Shown: one piece after another, positions 44,331 through 54,545 of the stretch
How the letters are laid out: each line of letters opens with the position of its first letter
Position numbering within the stretch: the stretch's first letter is position 1
NCBI GenBank assembly: GCA_963823555.1
Contig: CAWGMA010000004.1
Location: 676,570-740,569 of the forward strand
DNA length: 64,000 bases
Direction of reading: 5' to 3'
Source: Candidatus Eiseniibacteriota bacterium
Lineage (GTDB): Bacteria > Eisenbacteria > RBG-16-71-46 > CAVPCR01
The notes under the pieces: generated by a model
What the model was told of the DNA's origin: nothing
Seen by the model: the letters and a program-made list of their open reading frames with translations, nothing else
Databases searched by the model: none
Made by a program: the position numbers and the translations under genes

Positions 44331-44363
44331 AAGGCCCCGGCGGAGCTGATTCGCCGGGGCCTT
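44331..44363. terminator. Hairpin terminator (degenerate copy at 36551-36582)
   Basis: AAGGCCCCGGCG ... CGCCGGGGCCTT. Confidence 0.6.
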
Positions 44364-44729
44364 CACACGGGGAGCCGAAGTCCCAGCAGGATCCGCCGAG
44401 TCGCGCGAATGGATGAACGGCCCCCGCCGGGCAGAAGATCTCGGCGGGGCTGTGTTCTCTGTCTGTCGCCGCGGCTGGCGGATTCGGCTTCGAGGTGTTT
44501 GCGGAGGCGAAGACGGAAGCGTATCCTCGAACCTACCAACGCCGATGTCGCTGGTCTCTCGGCCCGGGGCTTGTTCATGAGCTTGGAACCGGCTGGCGAT
44601 GCGGCGCGCAGGGGCCGCAGGCCCGGTTGCAGGCAACGTCTCGGACCGAACCGGGGGAACAGGCTACGGTGGGCTCCGCTTTCAGCGTGGCGAAGGCCCA
44701 TCCATGACCATCCTCAGGAGGAGATCGAG

Positions 44730-45944
44730 ATGAAGCACCCAAAGAGCCTGCGGCCTGAGACTCTCGCCATCCACGCCGGCCCCGAGCCCGATCCGACCTA
44801 CGGCGCGGTTTCGGTTCCCATCTACCAGACGTCCACCTTCTCGTTCCGTGACGCGGGCGAGGGCGCGGCCCGATTCGCCGGCCGCGACCCCGGATACATC
44901 TACACGCGCCTGGGCAATCCGACCACGCGCGCGCTCGAGCGCTGTGTCGCCGAGCTCGAGGGCGGATACGACGCGCTGGCCACCGCCACCGGCATGGCGG
45001 CGGTCTCGACCGTCTTCCTGGCGCTCCTGAAGCCGGGAGATCATGTCGTCGGCACGACCTCGGTCTACGGGCCGACGCGATTGCTCCTCGAGAAGCAGCT
45101 AGCGAAGTTCGACATCCGATCGACGTGGGTGCAGACGGAGGACACCGAGGCCGTGAGCTCGGCCGTCCGGCCCGAGACCCGCATGCTCTACATCGAGACC
45201 CCGGCCAACCCGGTGCTGCACATCACCGATCTGGAGGCGTGTGGGAAGATCGCCCGAGCTGCGGGCGCTCTCCTGGTCGTGGACAACACCTTTTCCTCAC
45301 CGCTGCTCCAGCAGCCGTTCCGCTACGGAGCCGACGTCGTCCTCCACAGCATGACCAAGTACCTGAATGGCCACAGCGATGTCGTGGCGGGGATCATCGT
45401 GTCGCGCGAGGAGTACCTGCACGCCGAGCTGGCCGCGATGCTGCGTGGCCTGGGCGGGACGATGGATCCCCACCAGGCCTGGCTGGTCTTGCGTGGGATC
45501 AGGACGCTGGCGCTTCGCGTCGAGCGCGCGCAGGAGAACGCCCGCGGACTCGCCGAGTGGTTGCGAGCACACCCGAAGGTGGCCTGGGTGTCCTACCCAG
45601 GCTTCGCGGACCATCCGCAGCACGACCTCGTGAAGAAGCAGATGGCCGGTCCCGGGGCGATGCTGTGCTTCGGGGTGAAGGGTGGATTCGAGCCGGCCAA
45701 GCAGGTGATCAACTCCGTGCACCTGGCCACGCTGGCCGTCTCCCTCGGAGGCGTCGAGACCCTGATCGAGCATCCGGCCTCGATGACGCATGCCGGCGTG
45801 CCGGCGCGCGAGCGGGAACTGGCCGGCATCCTCGACGAGCTGATCCGGGTGTCGGTGGGGTGCGAGGCCCTCGAGGATCTGAAGGCCGACTTCGAGCAGG
45901 CCCTGAACGCGGTCCCCGAGCCGGTGGGCGCGGAGCCGGCCTGA
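44730..45944 (+). CDS. Methionine gamma-lyase-like PLP trans-sulfuration enzyme
   Basis: PIYQTSTF, YIYTRLGNPT, ETPANP, VVDNTF, HSMTKYLNGHSD, AVSLGGVETLIEHPASMTH; RBS AGGAGG. Confidence 0.9.
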   Translation: MKHPKSLRPETLAIHAGPEPDPTYGAVSVPIYQTSTFSFRDAGEGAARFAGRDPGYIYTRLGNPTTRALERCVAELEGGYDALATATGMAAVSTVFLALLKPGDHVVGTTSVYGPTRLLLEKQLAKFDIRSTWVQTEDTEAVSSAVRPETRMLYIETPANPVLHITDLEACGKIARAAGALLVVDNTFSSPLLQQPFRYGADVVLHSMTKYLNGHSDVVAGIIVSREEYLHAELAAMLRGLGGTMDPHQAWLVLRGIRTLALRVERAQENARGLAEWLRAHPKVAWVSYPGFADHPQHDLVKKQMAGPGAMLCFGVKGGFEPAKQVINSVHLATLAVSLGGVETLIEHPASMTHAGVPARERELAGILDELIRVSVGCEALEDLKADFEQALNAVPEPVGAEPA

Positions 45945-46018
45945 CGTCCGGAAAGGACGAACGCCGGTCGCGCTCCCCGGCCCGGGGAGTCGCGCGAGGT
46001 CTACTTGCGACCCGGGGC

Positions 46019-46523
46019 CTACTTGCTGCCGCGCTGGACCATCAGGTCGAGGTCTTCCCGGAGGCTCTGCAGATCCTCCTCGTGCTCGACCTCCTGCTCG
46101 AGGATGGTGAGCGCCATGTTGTAGGTCACCATGTCCTTGTCCTTGGTCGCGTCCATCAGGCCCTTGTACGTCGTGATCGCGCACTGCTCGCCGGCGATGT
46201 TCTGGTCGAGCAGCACGGCCACGTAGGGATCTTCGGGCGCGTCGTACTTGCACGGGCTCAGCTGCGCTCCAGCCCTCCGGGGTGAGCACCGGCGTGCCGC
46301 CGAGCTGGATGATGCGGTTCGCCAGCAGGACCGCGTGGTTCAGCTCCTCGGTCGCGTGCAGGTTGAGCTCGGCCGCCACGGCGTCCTTCATCGGTCCCTT
46401 GATGAGCTTCGCGCCGAGCCAGTACTGGTAGTAGGCGAGCCACTCGCTCGCGTAGGCCTGGTTGAGCAGCTTGAGGAGCTGCTCGACATCCATGCCGATG
46501 ATCTCACGACCTCGTGTACCCAT
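46019..46523 (-). CDS. DPS-like (DPSL)/bacterioferritin-related ferritin (one frameshift)
   Basis: AYASEWLAYYQYW, EELNHA..RIIQLGG, GEQCAI..Y, QEVEHEEDL. Confidence 0.85.
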
Positions 46524-46543
46524 TCCTGCCCTCCTTCCGGCGA

Positions 46544-46749
46544 TTACAGGTTGCTCGCGTTGCCGCGGACACTCTCGAAGTCTCGTGCCAAGCCGTAGCG
46601 GACGCAGATGTAAAGGTGGTGGTGGACGAGGTTGGCGTCGAAGCGCGCGCTCGCCCGGCGGGGACCCAGCGAGGCGTGATGCCCGCCTCTCGGGCGGTCG
46701 CGTTGAATTGCTCGAGCCGGCGCTGGATCTCGGGGGTTTCGACTGTCAC
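46544..46749 (-). pseudogene. Internally deleted Fur/PerR-family regulator remnant
   Basis: N-terminal RLEQF..AREAGI joined to RFDANLVHHHLYICVRYG..RDF; the HTH region is missing. Confidence 0.55.
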
Positions 46750-46934
46750 TGTGCGCTCCGATTTGCGACTGATCATCAGCTAGGAATCTATCGACATCGA
46801 GGATGGATAGCAACTCTCCCGCGCCACCCGCGGAGCAGGGGAGCGGTCCAGGCCCTTCCCTGCGTCCGGGCGGGGCATGAACCGCTGTGAGGATCTCAGT
46901 TGAGTATTGTAGATCGCGTTACTGGGAGCGAGCT

Positions 46935-47102
46935 GACGTCCGCGTCGCGTTGATTCGGCTCTATACGGGCGAGCTTACCGATGGCGAAGTCGCCGATCTG
47001 GTGGCGCAGCTGGTGACCCAACCGCGTGGGATGCCGGAAGGTTCGCCGACGATGCAACCCACTACCTGGGGTGCCATCAAGGGGACATTCCACGGCCCGT
47101 AG
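46935..47102 (+). pseudogene. Orphan C-terminal fragment (LamG-like end plus TWGAIK motif)
   Basis: VALIRLYTGELTDGEVADL...PTMQPTTWGAIKGTFHGP*. Confidence 0.6.
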
Positions 47103-47159
47103 TCGCCTGCAGCTCGAGTTGAAACGGTAGAGGGCGCTTCCTTGATGCGGGCGTCGAAA

Positions 47160-47186
47160 GGCCCCGGCGGTTTCTCCGCCGGGGCC
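47160..47186. terminator. Hairpin between convergent genes
   Basis: GGCCCCGGCGG-TTTCT-CCGCCGGGGCC. Confidence 0.6.
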
Positions 47187-47264
47187 CTCCTCCTTGCCAT
47201 TCAAGGCGCAGACCCGATCCGGTGGCGCGTGGTTCAGGTCCCCGTTGCCGCGTCCGCGGCGGTC

Positions 47265-48926
47265 TCAGGTCAGATCCAGGTAGGCCTGTGCGAGTCGGGC
47301 CACCATCGAGCCCTCGCCCACGGCCGAGGCCACGCGGTTCATGGCGCCGCTGCGGAGATCTCCGGCGGCGAAGATCCCGGCCACGCTGGTCTCGAGCAAG
47401 AGCGGTTCGCGACGCTCCTTCCAGAGGCGAGCGAAGCCGTCGGCCGCCATCACGTCCCGGCCGGTGAGAACGAAGCCGCTCGAGTCGCGCAGCACCTCGG
47501 GCGGCAGCCAGTCGCTGTGTGGGCGCGTGCCGATGAACACGAAGAGCGCGTCGGCGTCCTCGACCTGACAGGTCTCATCGTCGAGCGACCTGAGCCCGAC
47601 TCGCTCGACATGTCCGTCGCCCTCGACGCAGTCGATCTGGGTGCGGGTCCGCAGCCGGATGTTGGGCGTCTTTCCGATCTGATCGATGAGGTAGTGCGAC
47701 ATGGTGTCGCGCAGGGATTCGCGACGTACGACGATCTCGACTTCCTTCGCATAGCGCGCCAGGTGCATCGCGCCCTGTCCCGCCGAGTTGCCGCCGCCCA
47801 CGACGAGCACCCGCCGGCCGGCGCAGGTCGGCGCTTCGGTCGCGGCGGCGCCGTAGTAGACGCCAGCGCCCGTGTGCTCGGCGACCCCGGGCGCGGGAAG
47901 CTCCCGGTAGACCATCCCCGTGGCCGCGAGTAGCGCCTTGGTGATGAGCTCGCCGCCGTCGGCCAGTGTGAGACGCTTGTAGCCGCCGTCGATCGAGACG
48001 GCGGTGACCTCGAGCGGGGCCAGGAACTCGGCGCCCAGCCGCTGAGCCTGAGCCAGCGCGCGGCGCGTGAGCTCGGTGCCGCTCACACCGGCGGGGAATC
48101 CCAGGTAGTTCTCGATCCGCGAACTCGTGCCCGCCTGTCCGCCCGGGGCGTGGCGATCGAGCAGCAGGGTCTGCAGTCCCTCGGAGGCCCCGTACACGGC
48201 GGCGGCGAGGCCGGCGGGTCCCGCTCCCACGATCACGAGATCGTAGACCTCGTAGGCCGCCGAGAGCGAGCGGCCGAGACGCTCGGCCACTTGCCGCGGC
48301 TCCGGGTCGCGGAGGACCGAGCCGTCCTCGAAGAAGAGAGCCGGCAGCTCTTCGGCTCCCACTCCGGCGGCGTCCAGGAGCGCGCGCGCGTCCGGGTCCC
48401 GCGCGACATCGAGCCAGCGATAGGGAATCAGGTTGCTCGCCAGGAACTCCTTGATCGCGTGCGATCGCGGCGCCCACTGGTGCCCGATGAGCCGGAGTCC
48501 CTTGTCCTCGGGCAGATACTCGGCCTGCCACGCGTCGAGGAGATCGTCGATCACCGGATAGAGATGCACCTCGGGCGGATCCCACGGTTTCGCCAGATAG
48601 TGATCGACGTGCGCCTCGTTGATGGCCTTGATCGCCGCGTCGATGTCGGAATAGGCCGTGAGCAGGATGCGTTTCGCCAGGGGATAGACATCTCGCGTCT
48701 GGGCCAGCAACTGGCTCCCCAGCATGCCGGGCATGCGCTGATCGCTGATCACCATGGCCAGCGAGTCGCCGCGGCTTTTCAGCTCGCGGACGGTCGCGAG
48801 CGCCTCCGGCCCGGATCCGGCACTCAGGAGCGCGTAGCCCTCCCGGTAGTGGGACCGCAGGTCGCGGCGCACCGCGGCGAGCACTTGCGGATCGTCGTCG
48901 ACGATGAGCAGGACGGGTTTGTTCAC
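47265..48926 (-). CDS. Response-regulator receiver fused to a thioredoxin-reductase-like FAD oxidoreductase
   Basis: [56 protein letters not shown]. Confidence 0.9.
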   Translation of the reverse strand: MNKPVLLIVDDDPQVLAAVRRDLRSHYREGYALLSAGSGPEALATVRELKSRGDSLAMVISDQRMPGMLGSQLLAQTRDVYPLAKRILLTAYSDIDAAIKAINEAHVDHYLAKPWDPPEVHLYPVIDDLLDAWQAEYLPEDKGLRLIGHQWAPRSHAIKEFLASNLIPYRWLDVARDPDARALLDAAGVGAEELPALFFEDGSVLRDPEPRQVAERLGRSLSAAYEVYDLVIVGAGPAGLAAAVYGASEGLQTLLLDRHAPGGQAGTSSRIENYLGFPAGVSGTELTRRALAQAQRLGAEFLAPLEVTAVSIDGGYKRLTLADGGELITKALLAATGMVYRELPAPGVAEHTGAGVYYGAAATEAPTCAGRRVLVVGGGNSAGQGAMHLARYAKEVEIVVRRESLRDTMSHYLIDQIGKTPNIRLRTRTQIDCVEGDGHVERVGLRSLDDETCQVEDADALFVFIGTRPHSDWLPPEVLRDSSGFVLTGRDVMAADGFARLWKERREPLLLETSVAGIFAAGDLRSGAMNRVASAVGEGSMVARLAQAYLDLT

Positions 48927-50335
48927 GAAGTGGCTCCCGTGTCATCCGTGAGGGCCGGCAGAGCGACCCGGAATTCCGTCCGTCCCGGTCGCGACTGGAC
49001 CGTGATCTCGCCGTCGTTGTGCTGGACGAGCCGCCGGACGATGTCGAGCCCGAGGCCGGTGCCTTGGCCCATCGGCTTGGTGGTGAAGAAGGGATCGAAG
49101 ATGCGCTCGCGGATGGCTTCGGGGATTCCGCTTCCGTTGTCGACGATGCGCACCACCACGTGATGATGCTCGCGACTCGCCAGCACCTCGACGCGACCGG
49201 CGTCGGGAATGGCGTCCAGGGCGTTGTCGATCAGGTTGGCCCAGATCTGGTTGAGCTCCCCGACGAAGCCGAGGACGAGCGGGAGATCGGGCTCGGCCTC
49301 CACCACCACGGCGGCCGATTTCTTCCGCGCCTTCGAGCGGAGCACACGGACCGTGTTGTCGATGCCCGGCACCAGGTTCACCGGCTCCGCGACCATCGCC
49401 TGGTCCATGTGGGTGAAGCCCTTGATGGCGAGGACCAGCCCCGCGATGCTGGTGGCGGCCTCCTGGATCTCCGAGGTGAGGCTGCGGACCGAGCATCCGG
49501 CCGCGGCCCATCTCAGCACATTGTTGAGCGCCGCTCCACTGACGACTCCGGCGATACGGTCGAGCGCCGCGAGCGTCACGGGAGTATCGGCCAGGGCATC
49601 GGCGGTGGCAGGATCGAGGTCGTGTCGCACGAGCCAGTCGGCGATGGCCTCCTCGCGCTCGGCCTGCTCGATGGGCGAGCGCACGCCCCGCTCGGGTGTT
49701 GCCAGGCAGGATTCGCGTAGCTCCTCGATCTCGAGAAGCTGCGCGTCGGTGAGCCGGGAGACGGCGAGCGCACGCGTTGCCTGCTCGGTTTCCTGGAGCC
49801 GTTCCTGGAGCAGTGCCGTGCTGCGCTCGATCGCAGATGCCGGGTTGTTGAGCTCGTGGGCCAGACCGGCGGAGAGCTTGCCGAGGGACACCATCTTCTC
49901 GACATGCAGGTCGGCCGAGGTGAACGCCCGCGCGCGATCGATCATCGTGTGGACGAGGATCGACGTGATCGTCTGGCACTCGCGGATCATCTCGATCAGT
50001 TGGTCACGATGAACCGCCAGGATCTCGGTGGGTCCCTGGGCGACCGTAGCGCCCGGTGGGCTGACCATGCGGGAATAGGGGAGGAGTCCCGTCACCTGGC
50101 CGGCGCGCCACTCCATGATCCGGCTCGGCCCGGCCCCACGGTCGACCGACATGGTGATGCAACCCGATAGCACGACGAAGAGGCCATCAACGGTCGCACC
50201 CTTCGCCGTCAGGATCTCATCCGAGCTCAACCGCCGCAGGGAGCCGTGCGCGGCCAACCACGCCAGCTCCTCACGAGGCGCTCCTCCGAGGATCTTGTGC
50301 GCTGCCAGGCGATCGATGAGGTCGGGGGCCGTCAT
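48923..50335 (-). CDS. cNMP-binding-domain sensor histidine kinase
   Basis: LAHELNNP, NQIWANLIDNA, DNGSG, FFTTK..GTGLGL; N-terminal CAP-like domain; overlaps the REC-TrxR start. Confidence 0.9.
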   Translation of the reverse strand: MTAPDLIDRLAAHKILGGAPREELAWLAAHGSLRRLSSDEILTAKGATVDGLFVVLSGCITMSVDRGAGPSRIMEWRAGQVTGLLPYSRMVSPPGATVAQGPTEILAVHRDQLIEMIRECQTITSILVHTMIDRARAFTSADLHVEKMVSLGKLSAGLAHELNNPASAIERSTALLQERLQETEQATRALAVSRLTDAQLLEIEELRESCLATPERGVRSPIEQAEREEAIADWLVRHDLDPATADALADTPVTLAALDRIAGVVSGAALNNVLRWAAAGCSVRSLTSEIQEAATSIAGLVLAIKGFTHMDQAMVAEPVNLVPGIDNTVRVLRSKARKKSAAVVVEAEPDLPLVLGFVGELNQIWANLIDNALDAIPDAGRVEVLASREHHHVVVRIVDNGSGIPEAIRERIFDPFFTTKPMGQGTGLGLDIVRRLVQHNDGEITVQSRPGRTEFRVALPALTDDTGATS

Positions 50336-50554
50336 CGGCAGGTGGGTTCGGGGCTCGCGAGCATGGGGCATTGTATCGCGGCCGGTTCGCTGGCGGCAAG
50401 AGACCGTAGTAATACTAGTAATAGCAACATGTTACCCATCCGAATGTGTTTCCGAAACGGTTTGGGAGATAATTTCCGTGACATCTCGGAGCTTGCCTGC
50501 TACCGTTCGATCGATCCTTCGGTTCGGTTGGAGGCGCCGGGAGCCCACAGCGCG

Positions 50555-51790
50555 ATGATGAATATGGATAGTGAAACGGTTGGAACGGTCTCCCTGGAAG
50601 AGGATATCGCGAGCTGCGTCCCGGGAATCCAGGATCTCATCGCGCAGGTCCTGGAATCGCTCTGCGAAGAGGGTGAGGCCGGCATCACCACCATCAGCGA
50701 GCGGCTGGGAGTGCACCGCAAGCTCGCCTGGCAGCTCAGAAGCGTTGCCTATTCCCCCGATCCGTTCCGCGCGGCCGGCTTCATGCCATCCCGTGCCAGC
50801 TTCGATACGCTGATCTCGGCATTGAAGACTCGCGGAGTGGCCCCGGGCATGATCGCAGGGCTCAGGGACGGCGTCGACTCGTTCGACAGGATCGTCGCCG
50901 CCCACGCCGGTGATCGCAAGAACCTCGAGATGCTCCTGGAATCTCACGGCACCGGTGCCCGGGAGCCGGCGGACACGAAGTGGCGGGAGAAGGCCTTTCA
51001 GGGCAACAGCTTCATCTGGGGTGCCCAGGCCAAGACCCAGCTCTCGATCAGCATCCTCAGCGGCTCGCAATCGAAGCCGGGGTGGATCGACATCGCGCAG
51101 ATCCGCGGGCTCATCGGTTTGCGCCGAGTGCGGCCGAACGTGCACTGGCTGGTCAGCCAATCGGTCGTCCTCGACGACTCGAAGGCGGTGCGGCCGCTCC
51201 AACGAACCCCGATCGACGAGGAGTCCGCGCGGGACATGGGCGGCGTGCCGATCCTTCCGGAGTTCTGTTCGCAGCCGTTGCCCAGGCTCAGGCGACGCCC
51301 CATGGATCAGGGATTGCTCCACGACGAGCTGTTGCCGACACCGGTCGGCTCCGCCGGCCAGCAGACCGTCTTCACGGGAGAGCTGATTCGCGAGCTGGCG
51401 CCGGCGCACGCCACCCCGCAGAATCGGCGGGCTCACTTCGGAGCCGTGGTGCGCACCCCGAGCGAGGTCTTCTTGATGGACCACTTCGTGCACCGCGATC
51501 TGTTCCCTGGAGTCGAACGTGAGCTCGCCGTATTCGGGGAGCTCAACTCGCCCGTCACTCTCGACGACGAGGATCTGCTTCCGGTGTCCGAGACCATCGA
51601 GTATCGCGGCCTCGGTGCGCGAGTGGCCCGCACGCCGGATGTGCCCCGCTACGTGGAGCTGCTGCGCTGGACCTTCGGACGTCTGGGTTGGAACGCTCAG
51701 GAGTTCGAGCTCTACCGGGTGCGCCTCGCGTATCCGCCCATGCCGGCATCCGTGGTGATTCGTCATGACTTGCCAGAGGAGAGCCGATGA
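50555..51790 (+). CDS. Hypothetical protein with a possible N-terminal HTH
   Basis: Intact 411-codon ORF; GITTISERLGVHRKLAWQL. Confidence 0.65.
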   Translation: MMNMDSETVGTVSLEEDIASCVPGIQDLIAQVLESLCEEGEAGITTISERLGVHRKLAWQLRSVAYSPDPFRAAGFMPSRASFDTLISALKTRGVAPGMIAGLRDGVDSFDRIVAAHAGDRKNLEMLLESHGTGAREPADTKWREKAFQGNSFIWGAQAKTQLSISILSGSQSKPGWIDIAQIRGLIGLRRVRPNVHWLVSQSVVLDDSKAVRPLQRTPIDEESARDMGGVPILPEFCSQPLPRLRRRPMDQGLLHDELLPTPVGSAGQQTVFTGELIRELAPAHATPQNRRAHFGAVVRTPSEVFLMDHFVHRDLFPGVERELAVFGELNSPVTLDDEDLLPVSETIEYRGLGARVARTPDVPRYVELLRWTFGRLGWNAQEFELYRVRLAYPPMPASVVIRHDLPEESR

Positions 51791-51942
51791 TGACAGGCGC
51801 TCTTCACAGCAAAGCGGTCGATCGTCGTGAAATTCGCGGCGACGACGCCAACAGCCATGCCAGGCCAGGGGCGGCGCAAGGCGGCGCGGCTGCTCCAGCA
51901 TCCATGCGAAACAACGCCGTCACTCCTGGAGGATCCACTGAA

Positions 51943-52641
51943 ATGAGATTCGCCATTCACTTCGCGCTTGCCCTGATCGTGGCCACGCTCACGGTCGGAT
52001 CCGCCGCTCTGGCGGACGTCGTCATCGACTATGAGGATCTCACCGAAGGTCCCCAGGGGGATCCGTTGACCCACATGGGCGTGACCTACTCCGACCTCAA
52101 CAACGTGTCAGGTGTCTTCCCCGATGGAGAGATCTTCGGTCCGGCGCCTGAAGATGAATTCATCGTCGAGAACGCCGGTCTCTTCTACATCGACTTTCCC
52201 TCCTACGGGAGCCCGGTCAACTCGTTGACGTTCGGCACCGCGTATGTCCCGGGTGAGAACCTGTCGCTCGGCCCGCTGGCGACGGTCACCATGGATCTGG
52301 ATCTACCCGCCGTCGCGGCCTCCCTCGACCTGGGTTACTACGAGAACGGTCCGTGGGGCGGCATCGAGTTCCATCTCGACGCCCTGTCCGGCGGGCAGGT
52401 CGTGGCCAGCGACGGCTTCGTCATCAGCGATCTCGGCGGTCGCGACAACGCCGCCGTCACGGTCCTGTCCGTGTCCGGCGCCATCTTCGACCAGCTCAAG
52501 CTCTATGCGACCTATGGCGCCGAATACTCGAAGCCGCGGGCGATCATCGATGATCTGACCCTCGACTACGATATCGCCACCCCCACCAGCGAGTCGACCT
52601 GGGGCCAGGTCAAGTCGATCTATCGTGATGCGACCAGGTAG
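51943..52641 (+). CDS. Secreted protein ending in STWGQVKSIYR
   Basis: Signal ..AALA|DVVIDYEDL; acidic beta-rich domain; IIDDLT; motif tail. Confidence 0.75.
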   Translation: MRFAIHFALALIVATLTVGSAALADVVIDYEDLTEGPQGDPLTHMGVTYSDLNNVSGVFPDGEIFGPAPEDEFIVENAGLFYIDFPSYGSPVNSLTFGTAYVPGENLSLGPLATVTMDLDLPAVAASLDLGYYENGPWGGIEFHLDALSGGQVVASDGFVISDLGGRDNAAVTVLSVSGAIFDQLKLYATYGAEYSKPRAIIDDLTLDYDIATPTSESTWGQVKSIYRDATR

Positions 52642-52962
52642 GGCTGGCCGGGAGGGCAGGAGACGGCGGGACTTCTGAAGTCCCGTGTGGTCGCCCGGCG
52701 GTGCGGACTTCGTGCCGCCACCGGGCTCGTCAGGGAAGAGAAGCGAAGCGGCGGCTCCAATTCGCGGGGCCGCCGCCATGCGATCGAGAGCGCCGGACGG
52801 TCGAGGGACCGCCGGCAAGCGGGTTGCCGCACGGCCCAGCGCGCCCTATAGTGGATCTGGCGAGAGACCCGCTCCCTTCGCTCAGGCGGATAAGACCCCC
52901 TCTGACCCGCCGGAGCCGGTCCCGTGATATGTCCCCAGCGTCCCCCCCAAGGAGGACGACAC

Positions 52963-54327
52963 ATGAGTACTCGCCTGCGGCGGTCATTCCTCACTACGGC
53001 CGCAATCCTCGCCGTCATCAGTCCTCAGATCGCCGGGAGCCAGGAGTACGAGGTCACGGACCTCGGCGCGCTGGGCATCTCCAATCAGCCGTGGTCCGTC
53101 AACGCGCTGGGGCAGGTTGCAGGTTGGTCCCGTTTCCCGGATGGGCACGACGAGGGCTTCTTCTTCGACGGAAGCACGATCGGCTACATCGGCACCCCCG
53201 GCCCCACGACGCGGAGCGACCTATTGGGCATCAACGACCTCGGGGAAGCGGTCGGCAAATCGGGAACCGTGCACGAGAACGGGGAGGCCCTTCTGCGCCG
53301 GGCCAATGGCAGCGTACGGCGACTCGGCACGCTCGGCGGCAGCCGCTCAGCCGCGCTTTCGATCAACGACGTGAGTCAGATCGTCGGGTGGTCCAAGCTC
53401 GCCGGTGATGCGGAGTCACGACCCTTCATCTGGGAGGACGGCGTGATGACCCCGCTCCCGCTACTTGGCGGCGGGCAGGGGGAGGCGACCTGGATCAACA
53501 ACCGCGGGCAGATCGTCGGTAGCTCGACGACGGACACCAATGGCCTGACTCAATTCGCCGTCATCTGGGAAGAGGGGATGGTGACTCGACTGCCTCCGAT
53601 GTATCCCGGGCGCCCGGATTTGAACAACATCGCCCATTACATCCACGACAACGGAGACATCGCCGGCTCCATCAGGATTCCGGAAACGCCGCCGGACTTC
53701 ACCACACGGGGCGCCATCTGGCGCGACGGGCAAGTTCATCTCCAGCTGGGGACGCTGGCCGATGGAACACCGATCGAGCCGGAGGCGACGAGCTGGGCGT
53801 CCGGCATCAACGCGTCCGGGGTCGTCGTCGGGATGTCGATCAACGCACAAAGGGAACTGGTCCCGTTCGTGTATCGAAATGATGAGATGGTTCAGCTCGA
53901 CGACCTCATGCCGGATCCGTGGGTCGCAACTTTTGTGGGCGCCGGTGCGATCAACGACGCGGGGCAGATCGCCGTGAGCGCTCTCGGCGTCGACGGGATC
54001 ACACACGCTCTTCTGCTGACCCCCACCTCTTCCACCGCCGTGGGGGGCCCTGATGGAAGCGGGCATGATGGCGGCCCCTACCTGGCCGCCCAGGGCAACC
54101 GCATCACGTTCCGCATCCCCCATCGCGGTCCGGTGACCGTCTCGGTCTTCGACGTGACGGGTCGCCTGACCGCGACTCTGGTCGACGAAGTCCGCCCTGC
54201 GGGCGATCACGACGTGGTCTGGAACGGGCAGACTCGAGGTGGGCATGCCGTCTCCTCGGGCGTGTACTTCGTGCGCATGTCGCTGCCCGGCTTCGTCGCG
54301 TCGAGCCGGCTACTTCTGGTGAGATGA
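52963..54327 (+). CDS. Secreted HAF-type extracellular repeat protein with FlgD-Ig CTD
   Basis: YEVTDLG, LGTLGG.SAALSIND..QIVG repeats, HALLLTP; WNG..SSGVYF. Confidence 0.8.
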   Translation: MSTRLRRSFLTTAAILAVISPQIAGSQEYEVTDLGALGISNQPWSVNALGQVAGWSRFPDGHDEGFFFDGSTIGYIGTPGPTTRSDLLGINDLGEAVGKSGTVHENGEALLRRANGSVRRLGTLGGSRSAALSINDVSQIVGWSKLAGDAESRPFIWEDGVMTPLPLLGGGQGEATWINNRGQIVGSSTTDTNGLTQFAVIWEEGMVTRLPPMYPGRPDLNNIAHYIHDNGDIAGSIRIPETPPDFTTRGAIWRDGQVHLQLGTLADGTPIEPEATSWASGINASGVVVGMSINAQRELVPFVYRNDEMVQLDDLMPDPWVATFVGAGAINDAGQIAVSALGVDGITHALLLTPTSSTAVGGPDGSGHDGGPYLAAQGNRITFRIPHRGPVTVSVFDVTGRLTATLVDEVRPAGDHDVVWNGQTRGGHAVSSGVYFVRMSLPGFVASSRLLLVR

Positions 54328-54545
54328 GGCAACGACTGCGGCGAACGAGACGGACTCGTTGAGCGCCGCGCCCGCGCGCGCCTCCCGCTCGAAGCGGCAA
54401 GCCGATCAAGATGTGTCGCGAACCCCCTCGGGGAAGGAGGGCTCGCCCGGCCCGGCGGGACGGAAAGACCCGAGGGCGCCGCCTTCCCCGGAAGACCCAC
54501 ATGCCCCAGACCGCATCCATCGATCACTTGGGCGGTGCATCAATG

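Noticed and set aside
32086..44363. Diversity-generating retroelement or shufflon explaining the repeats
   Set aside because: No reverse transcriptase or recombinase in the window, differences are not confined to adenines, and the repeats are direct rather than inverted.
44365..44729. SAM riboswitch upstream of the methionine gamma-lyase-like gene
   Set aside because: I could not find the SAM-I core elements by eye; an Rfam/Infernal scan would be decisive.
50432..51901. Long antisense ORFs (this one and many others in the track)
   Set aside because: They shadow real genes, have no recognisable motifs and are expected at high GC.
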